Sequence record: MW057919.1
Direction: 5' to 3' (one strand)
DNA: 64,000 nucleotides
Shown here: one piece after another, positions 55,334-61,367 of the stretch
Position numbering within the stretch: the first letter of the stretch is position 1
How the letters are laid out: the number at the start of each line of letters is the position of its first letter
The notes under the pieces: generated by a model
Databases searched by the model: none
The model's input: only the letters and a program-made list of their open reading frames with translations
Told to the model about the DNA's origin: nothing
Translations under genes and position numbers: made by a program

Positions 55334-55369
55334 AACAGTCATTTGCTCTACCGACTGAGCTATCACGGA
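55333..55369 (-). pseudogene. tRNA-Asn(GTT) 5' half only
   Basis: TCCGTGA TA GCTC AGTCGGTA GAGC A AATGA CT GTT A, then terminator; no T-arm or 3' acceptor. Confidence 0.85.
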
Positions 55370-55375
55370 ATTAAA

Positions 55376-55452
55376 TGGCGCGCCCAAGGGGACTCGAACC
55401 CCTGACCACCCGCGTGACAGGCGGGTATTCTAACCAACTGAACTATGAGCGC
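55376..55452 (-). tRNA. tRNA-Asp(GTC)
   Basis: Full cloverleaf, anticodon loop CTGTCAC, GGTTCGAGTCC T-arm, encoded CCA. Confidence 0.95.
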
Positions 55453-55481
55453 AAACGTATGGACATGACTTCCTACATAGT

Positions 55482-55497
55482 ATTACATAACCAGTAA
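55482..55497 (-). promoter_or_regulatory. putative late promoter of tRNA-Asp/Asn unit
   Basis: TTACTGGTTATGTAAT. Confidence 0.6.
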
Positions 55498-55504
55498 TAT
55501 TTTA

Positions 55505-55852
55505 TTACGGGCGATCAGTCCAGTGCTTGAAATAGTTACCATCCTTGGGACGATCGTACTTAGCAAGAATATTTTTAAGTTCTTCGCCGGACAACTTAAT
55601 ACTATCGCCTACTGGGCTATCCAGTTCAGGGCAAGGTTCAGTTTTACGTGTAATGATTAAATTATCAGTCCCATCTTTGAAGATAAAGATAAACTGCGTT
55701 TCATTAGCACTAATCTTTTTCTTAACGCAATGCTTTACTTCTGGATGTTTCTTGTGGATCGCTACAAAAGATTCAACAAGAGTTAGCTTTATAAACTCAG
55801 GGCTAATAAATGTGAAATATACAGCGCTCTGCGTTGGGGTTAGATGATCCAT
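55505..55852 (-). CDS. hypothetical protein (115 aa)
   Basis: GGAG SD on minus strand. Confidence 0.8.
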   Translation of the reverse strand: MDHLTPTQSAVYFTFISPEFIKLTLVESFVAIHKKHPEVKHCVKKKISANETQFIFIFKDGTDNLIITRKTEPCPELDSPVGDSIKLSGEELKNILAKYDRPKDGNYFKHWTDRP

Positions 55853-55854
55853 AT

Positions 55855-56160
55855 TTACTCCGTATGTTTGAGATAGGCTTTAACTGCTTTAAGACCTTTA
55901 TTAAAGAACATAGCTTCAACATAAGTAATGTTACTTACATCCTCGCCGATAAGTTCCCATTTGATGCAACGTGTAACAGCGTTGATTGTAATATCTAATC
56001 CGTTTGGGAATAGGGTTACTTCATCGGTCAGGTGAATCCAATCGGGAGCCTTCGCTCCATTACGTAAACGGGGACTAAAAGTAAGATTATAAAGTGTTTG
56101 TAATGGTTGTCTCAATAGTTCTTTTTGTTCTTGATGTTCCATGTATTTTCCTAGAGACAT
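55855..56160 (-). CDS. hypothetical protein (start 56160 or 56142)
   Basis: Co-oriented with tRNAs. Confidence 0.8.
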   Translation of the reverse strand: MSLGKYMEHQEQKELLRQPLQTLYNLTFSPRLRNGAKAPDWIHLTDEVTLFPNGLDITINAVTRCIKWELIGEDVSNITYVEAMFFNKGLKAVKAYLKHTE

Positions 56161-56372
56161 TTAAAAATATAAATAGAATGGTTATCTCTTTCGGTTATCT
56201 TTAGAGTATTCTCATTTCGAATAACTTCAAGAGACTTGTATTTATGTTCCAGAATATCCAGATGAGAAATACACTGTTCCCTATTTTCAAATAGGATATT
56301 ACTTTCATTAGTCGAAATGAAACCAAATAATCCAACTTTGATAGATAATACCAACATTATTACTGTATTCAT
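56151..56372 (-). CDS. small secreted/membrane protein with two Cys
   Basis: GAGGA SD before ATG 56372; hydrophobic N-terminus; FENREQC...FKC. Confidence 0.75.
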   Translation of the reverse strand: MNTVIMLVLSIKVGLFGFISTNESNILFENREQCISHLDILEHKYKSLEVIRNENTLKITERDNHSIYIFKCL

Positions 56373-56398
56373 GTTTTCCTCAATGAGACAGTATAAAA

Positions 56399-56416
56399 CC
56401 TCCCCCAAGTGGGAGG
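56399..56416 (-). terminator. terminator after tRNA-Ile2
   Basis: CCTCCC-ACTTGG-GGGAGG + TTTT on minus strand. Confidence 0.8.
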
Positions 56417-56424
56417 CTAGTATA

Positions 56425-56501
56425 TGGTGGGCCCAGCAGGACTTGAACCTGCGACCAAGCGATTATGAGTCGCCTGCTCTAACCAACTGAGCTATAGGCC
56501 C
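56425..56501 (-). tRNA. tRNA with CAT anticodon, Ile2-type rather than Met
   Basis: 77-nt cloverleaf closely resembling E. coli ileX (AGAGCAGGCGACTCATAATCGCTTGGTCGC); C4-G69 and C5-G68; CCA encoded. Confidence 0.9.
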
Positions 56502-56508
56502 TTTTTAT

Positions 56509-56802
56509 TTATTCTGGTAAGAATGTTCCATCTTTTTGACGGACTAATACACCTGACCATTTGAATGTATTTGTATCACTAGCAGGGCACTCTCTAATTA
56601 CATTGGTTCTAAATGTGCCATGTGGATAGGTTACAGTGAATGTAATATGGTTATTACAAACATGTAATACAGAAGACTTTGCTTCTGTTAGATAGTGTAA
56701 GCCTTGAGCTAATTGAATATTAGTTAATTCAGGGTCACTAAGAATAGCGTAAAGAGCTGTTCCTATAATTTGATGTTCCCATGATATCCATTTATTATCC
56801 AT
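56509..56802 (-). CDS. hypothetical protein (97 aa)
   Basis: AGGA upstream; lies between tRNAs. Confidence 0.75.
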   Translation of the reverse strand: MDNKWISWEHQIIGTALYAILSDPELTNIQLAQGLHYLTEAKSSVLHVCNNHITFTVTYPHGTFRTNVIRECPASDTNTFKWSGVLVRQKDGTFLPE

Positions 56803-56823
56803 CCTATTTACCTATTATTAAAA

Positions 56824-56899
56824 TGGTCGGAGTGGGGAGACTCGAACTCCCGACATCCTGCTCCCAAAGCAGGCGCGCTACCAACTGCGCTACACTCCG
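56824..56899 (-). tRNA. tRNA-Pro(TGG)
   Basis: CGGAGTG acceptor, loop TTTGGGA, encoded CCA. Confidence 0.95.
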
Positions 56900-56908
56900 T
56901 ATTTAAAT

Positions 56909-56993
56909 TGGTGCCCGAAGTCGGATTCGAACCGACAAGACCGTAGCCGGAAGATTTTAAGTCTTCTGTGTTTACCAATTTCACCATTCGGGC
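56909..56993 (-). tRNA. tRNA-Leu(TAA)
   Basis: 85 nt with long variable arm, loop CTTAAAA, encoded CCA. Confidence 0.95.
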
Positions 56994-57003
56994 ATTGTGC
57001 TTC

Positions 57004-57019
57004 AATACATAACATGTAA
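57004..57019 (-). promoter_or_regulatory. putative late promoter of tRNA-Leu/Pro unit
   Basis: TTACATGTTATGTATT. Confidence 0.6.
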
Positions 57020-57051
57020 TGCTAGGTATTTTATTACAACTTATTTTAAAT

Positions 57052-57504
57052 TCAACGTGGCCATTGTAAAGAAGTTATCTTATTACCATTAATGTAGACA
57101 TCGGTCACTTCGCACCAATCATTAATTCTGTGTTCAATAATTGGAACATCATTTCGGCCAGCCACTCCAATCATATTCCATTTAACATAAATATTCATTA
57201 GATCAATTGTTAATTTCTCTTTTATGAGTTTAGGAGAAATTAATTTAATATTATTAATGTTAAAGAAGTAATTATTAACTTCTTCTAAATATTCATTAGT
57301 ATTAGTAGTACTAACTTTGCCTTCATGTTCAAGTGAGGATGGTTTATTCTGATTTACAATATTGCTCACTAGACTTCTTAAAACGGCACTTGCCCTACCA
57401 GCTTCGCGTCTTTTATACTTATCATAGTCTTTTACATTAGCTGCAATTTTATCAAATTCTTTTTGGGCATAGATTAGCCCTGGTAAAAGTTCATTTTTGA
57501 TCAT
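57052..57504 (-). CDS. hypothetical protein (150 aa)
   Basis: Co-oriented minus-strand ORF. Confidence 0.75.
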   Translation of the reverse strand: MIKNELLPGLIYAQKEFDKIAANVKDYDKYKRREAGRASAVLRSLVSNIVNQNKPSSLEHEGKVSTTNTNEYLEEVNNYFFNINNIKLISPKLIKEKLTIDLMNIYVKWNMIGVAGRNDVPIIEHRINDWCEVTDVYINGNKITSLQWPR

Positions 57505-57559
57505 TTTATAATTACTCTATGTTGTTTATACATATTTTAATATACATACGTAAAAACAA

Positions 57560-57712
57560 AATATAAAGCCTCCCCGAAGGGAGGCGATATATCGTCATTA
57601 ATGCCCAGCAAAGAGTTTTACTCTCTGGGAGCCAGTTGGAAGGGGGACTGGCTCCGATTTATTATGACTAATGTAGAAACGAGGGGGAGGGATCATTTCT
57701 ACATATCATTAC
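57560..57712 (-). ncRNA. putative sRNA with two C-rich (anti-SD-like) loops
   Basis: 9-bp and 8-bp perfect stems with loops UGAUCCCUCCCCCUCG and CCCCCUUCCA, a three-way junction, own promoter motif and terminator. Confidence 0.65.
57568..57585 (-). terminator. intrinsic terminator
   Basis: GCCTCCC-TTCG-GGGAGGC + TTTATATTTT on minus strand. Confidence 0.85.
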
Positions 57713-57723
57713 ATACTCAGTAA
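57708..57723 (-). promoter_or_regulatory. putative late promoter of the sRNA
   Basis: TTACTGAGTATGTAAT, 14/16 identical to the tRNA-Asp upstream motif. Confidence 0.65.
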
Positions 57724-57724
57724 G

Positions 57725-59608
57725 TTATTCTTCAATACCAATGACCGTATTGCGTTCATTGGTGTTCTCTACGGTTGAACCACTTGGGAAGCTACTGACA
57801 GATGCTTGCATTAGTTTCAACATGTCGATAGCAAATACTCGATATGTAGATTCAACCTTAGCGTCGTCGTACGATGCATGAATGTTAAGAATGGCATTAT
57901 CGGCCCTTTTAGCCAGCAGATATACATCCTCAAGAGCATCTTTATCTTTAATAGTGGATAGCTTATGTTTGTAGATATCCCCATTGACAGATAGGTCAGG
58001 ATACTGGGCTACCCAAGTGTCCGCAATAGTCTTAGTGTTGTTAGACAGAACGTCAATGATAACGTTAGCTGCTTCCACAATACCGGTAGCATCAAGCAAC
58101 TTAATCTTAGCACCAGCATTATCTGGCCATTTGGGTTCTTGGAAGTTTGTCTTTACATTGGGTTTCCATTCAGCCAGAAGAGTAGCGACTTTCTTAGGGT
58201 CTTGCCAATCATTCCCTTTGAACAGATTAACCACGGGGGCTAGTATCTTACTGTTCTCATCCAGAACTTTCTGGTTGTGACGATCAGCTTTAGCTACAGC
58301 ATTAGTGATATTGGCTTTTGCGGTCTTAGGATCATTAGACGCGAACGTCTCGTAACTCGATACTTTTACTTCGCCGGTTTTAAGCTTTGCTTCTGCCACC
58401 CATTTGGCATCACCATAGGTACTTTTCAGTGTAGCAATAGCTTTCTTCTTTTTATCAAGATTGATCTCAGGGCCAGAGTCGAAGATACTCTTAATGGTGT
58501 CGATAAGACCTTCATTTGAGACTTGTATAAAACCGGGAGTATTAACGATGGACTTCTCTACATACCCGCCACGAATAACTCGATTTATAAAACCATTAAG
58601 ACCACTACCAGTTTCGGCCATATCTTTCATGATTTCTATATTTGTTTCACCAGCACTCTGGGCATTGTATAAATAATAAGAACCATCTTTAAATTTTAGT
58701 ATAATCCAGTCATCTCCAGTTAGATATGAATCAATATTACTATCATTCATACTTTGGTATTTAATGAATTCTGGATTAGTACTTAGTACTTCTTCAATAA
58801 ACTCTTCTAATGCCGCAGAATTATTAATAGCATCAACAGGTGGAATTTCACCATCAATGGGTTCAGTAGTTGGACCAGTAACAATGGCAGGTAACGGATC
58901 CTCCTCTACAATAACAGTTTCTTCCACTGGTAGAGCACCACATGAAGCATCAATTAGTTTATTAAAACTACTAATGATCTCACCAAGTGCTACAAGAACT
59001 GCTGGCTGTTCAACTTGTTCAACTTTAGCAATACCAGTTTCTGTAAATTCTTCAGTGATTCGGTTATAAACTTCTACTAGTTGGTTAGTAAGTTCTGCTA
59101 CTTTTGACAGAGTCTGCTTAGACAGAGGTTCAACTACAGTTGTATCTGCTTCAACAAAAATAGAATCATCTTCTTCTAAACGGCTAGTATTAGCTGAGCC
59201 AGCTGTGAAGTTATAAGGCATATCTTGAATTACTTCATTAATTTCAGATGCCTCCATATCTTCATTTAGACGACCACTATAAGTACGCATCATACCTTCT
59301 GCTTCTTTAATAGTGGAATGCGCTAAGCGTCCCCAATCACCACGCATAATACCGCGCTCGGTAAGACCGCGTGCAGCTGAACCAAGATCAATAGGTTCTT
59401 CAATAAATGATTGTTCTTCAACCCACTCTTCATTACTGTAACATTCTTTTAGAATGGTTTTAAATTTAGTACTAAAGGGTTGTAGAATCTTTTTATCTAC
59501 TTGTTCAACATTTGTTTTAAAGTGTTCTAGACTTGGTGTAGCTTTTGAAGATACTTTTTCAGTACCGCTATATAGCGTACGGTTTAGGAAGTTTAGCATT
59601 TTATTCAT
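57725..59608 (-). CDS. head/inner-body-type virion protein with acidic propeptide (gp303-like)
   Basis: Acidic N-terminal half, SLE and SNE|G protease-type motifs, KTSC-like segment. Confidence 0.7.
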   Translation of the reverse strand: MNKMLNFLNRTLYSGTEKVSSKATPSLEHFKTNVEQVDKKILQPFSTKFKTILKECYSNEEWVEEQSFIEEPIDLGSAARGLTERGIMRGDWGRLAHSTIKEAEGMMRTYSGRLNEDMEASEINEVIQDMPYNFTAGSANTSRLEEDDSIFVEADTTVVEPLSKQTLSKVAELTNQLVEVYNRITEEFTETGIAKVEQVEQPAVLVALGEIISSFNKLIDASCGALPVEETVIVEEDPLPAIVTGPTTEPIDGEIPPVDAINNSAALEEFIEEVLSTNPEFIKYQSMNDSNIDSYLTGDDWIILKFKDGSYYLYNAQSAGETNIEIMKDMAETGSGLNGFINRVIRGGYVEKSIVNTPGFIQVSNEGLIDTIKSIFDSGPEINLDKKKKAIATLKSTYGDAKWVAEAKLKTGEVKVSSYETFASNDPKTAKANITNAVAKADRHNQKVLDENSKILAPVVNLFKGNDWQDPKKVATLLAEWKPNVKTNFQEPKWPDNAGAKIKLLDATGIVEAANVIIDVLSNNTKTIADTWVAQYPDLSVNGDIYKHKLSTIKDKDALEDVYLLAKRADNAILNIHASYDDAKVESTYRVFAIDMLKLMQASVSSFPSGSTVENTNERNTVIGIEE

Positions 59609-59658
59609 GTCTACTCTCTCGTTGATGACTGTTAATAAGAGTGCTATAGAATTGTTAG

Positions 59659-59685
59659 CATAAACCCTCCCAATTAAGGGAGGGT
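59659..59685 (-). promoter_or_regulatory. terminator followed by late promoter TATG
   Basis: ACCCTCCC-TTAATT-GGGAGGGT-TTATG directly upstream of the head protein gene. Confidence 0.7.
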
Positions 59686-59693
59686 CATTATGT

Positions 59694-60107
59694 CTACATT
59701 ATATCTCGTGTACCATCATTCATTTCAACAACAGTGACTTTATCACCAACCTTTGGTTTTTCATTGGTAACTGTTTGAACCATGTACTGCTTGCCATCTG
59801 TATTAACAATCAGTTTACATTGAAATGTTTCAGTAGCACTAACATTATTACCGACTGCGCCGCCTGCGGCACCACCGATTAAACCACCTACCCAACCTCC
59901 AGATTTACCAAAGATTGCTCGACCTAACACAGCGCCTGCGGTGGCTCCAACCGCACCTCCAACAGTAGTGCCGACAACACTACTATCTTTAGCAACTAGC
60001 TGACATTCTGAATGTGCAATAATACCATCTGTAGTTGATTTTACTTCAGTTGCTGCAAATAGGACAGTGGACCACATTAAAACTACGAATGCGATAATCT
60101 TAATCAT
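59694..60107 (-). CDS. secreted glycine-zipper protein (SlyB/YcfJ-like)
   Basis: Signal peptide; GGAVGATAGAVLG...GGLIGGAAGGAVG; C-terminal VGDKVTV. Confidence 0.8.
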   Translation of the reverse strand: MIKIIAFVVLMWSTVLFAATEVKSTTDGIIAHSECQLVAKDSSVVGTTVGGAVGATAGAVLGRAIFGKSGGWVGGLIGGAAGGAVGNNVSATETFQCKLIVNTDGKQYMVQTVTNEKPKVGDKVTVVEMNDGTRDIM

Positions 60108-61267
60108 AAGAAGTCAACCTCAAATTCTTCTTCTTCACCAACATCATTTACAACGTTGACCATGTAATCAGGCTTCTCTTCTTCCTGAGGAGATGCTTGG
60201 GTTGATGAAATATCTAGGTAGTCTTCCATATAAAGAAGTGGGTTCTTCTCTGGCCAAACAAAATCAAATCCAGCTGATTCTTTAAACTCCACTTGATACT
60301 GTTCTACAACATCATTTTCAATACTTAGGAATGTTGCTGCGGCATTAGCATTGAAAAGTACCCAGTTAATAAGTTTAGTCGCATTAACACCAGTTAGTTC
60401 ACGACCTTCAGAGAATAGATAATTAACCCAGGTAACTTCAGTCTTTACAATTTCCCATAGTAGTTCAATGATTTTATCTTTACATTGACTGTAAGCGAGT
60501 TTACCGCGTTCAGTTGCCAGTAGTGCACGAATAACTTCTTGTCCATATTGTGCATGGATTTCGAATTCGTCTTGGGCAATTTTCTTAACAGCGGCTGCAA
60601 TTTGCTGGAATGCACCAGTACGACCAATAGCAAAGGTTACTGCAAAGGATGCCATGAACTGGATACGTTCTAGGAAATATAGAGCGATGAAGAACATGAA
60701 TACTTTATTGTAAAGTTCTTGATCATTGGGTACCTGATTAAGAGCATACGCATGAACTGCGTCATGTGCTTCACCCATAGTGCGGGCTACTGCAACCATT
60801 CGTTCTTGTGCTTCTTCTACCCTAAGAATTTCGTCTAGAATAACTTTAGGATCTTTAAAGCTATTACGTACAATTTCAGAATAAGTTAAAGCATGTACGT
60901 CTTCATTATCATTAATACGTACATATCCCGCCCATACTCGTGAATCTGTCATGACAGGTGATAGAATATTAACAATGGAACGACTGGCTACAGAGTCAGC
61001 TTCCCATTGCCAGGCCAGTGTCTTAATCATCATGTCATAAGTTGATTTATCACACGTTTCAAATTCTACTAGACAAGTGGAAAAGTCAAATTCTAGCTCA
61101 TCCCAATCAAGCATCTTTAGACGCTTATATAGCTCCCACATTTTAGGATAATGAGTGTGGATTGAATCTAGTAGACCTGGATCATCTCCAAGAATAATTT
61201 CCGGTAGATGATAATCACTCTTAGCAACATTGAAGATTTTCTTTGGTAGTTGAGATTTAGTAGACAT
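60104..61267 (-). CDS. nrdB: ribonucleotide reductase class Ia beta subunit
   Basis: WDELEFD, DS, NEDVHALTYS, LERIQFMASF, DEFEIH; C-terminal Tyr. Confidence 0.95.
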   Translation of the reverse strand: MSTKSQLPKKIFNVAKSDYHLPEIILGDDPGLLDSIHTHYPKMWELYKRLKMLDWDELEFDFSTCLVEFETCDKSTYDMMIKTLAWQWEADSVASRSIVNILSPVMTDSRVWAGYVRINDNEDVHALTYSEIVRNSFKDPKVILDEILRVEEAQERMVAVARTMGEAHDAVHAYALNQVPNDQELYNKVFMFFIALYFLERIQFMASFAVTFAIGRTGAFQQIAAAVKKIAQDEFEIHAQYGQEVIRALLATERGKLAYSQCKDKIIELLWEIVKTEVTWVNYLFSEGRELTGVNATKLINWVLFNANAAATFLSIENDVVEQYQVEFKESAGFDFVWPEKNPLLYMEDYLDISSTQASPQEEEKPDYMVNVVNDVGEEEEFEVDFL

Positions 61268-61335
61268 ATCAGTTCCTTTACAATTTAAAAATATTTCTTA
61301 CAATAAATAATAGAGGTTAGTATAAATTGGGAATA

Positions 61336-61361
61336 ACACCCTCCCAATTAAGGGAGGGTGT
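61336..61361 (-). terminator. terminator between nrdA and nrdB
   Basis: ACACCCTCCC-AATTAA-GGGAGGGTGT; 22-bp core identical to 59664-59685. Confidence 0.75.
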
Positions 61362-61367
61362 ATACAC

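Noticed and set aside
55196-55387. 63-aa minus-strand ORF
   Set aside because: It reads through tRNA-Asn/Asp sequence and antisense of a real gene
56808-57005. 65-aa minus-strand ORF
   Set aside because: Coincides with tRNA-Leu and tRNA-Pro
54436-57504. Homing endonuclease or integrase near the tRNA cluster to explain the broken tRNA-Asn
   Set aside because: No HNH, LAGLIDADG or tyrosine-recombinase motif recognised in the neighbouring ORFs
57600-57704. Plus-strand RsmA/CsrA sponge (five GGA sites)
   Set aside because: Promoter motif and UUCG terminator with U-tract both lie on the minus strand; kept only as a secondary possibility
2451-61361. Recurrent CCCTCCC/GGGAGGG repeats as a CRISPR array or REP elements
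   Set aside because: Dispersed singly at gene ends, with T-tracts and no regular spacers: they are intrinsic terminators
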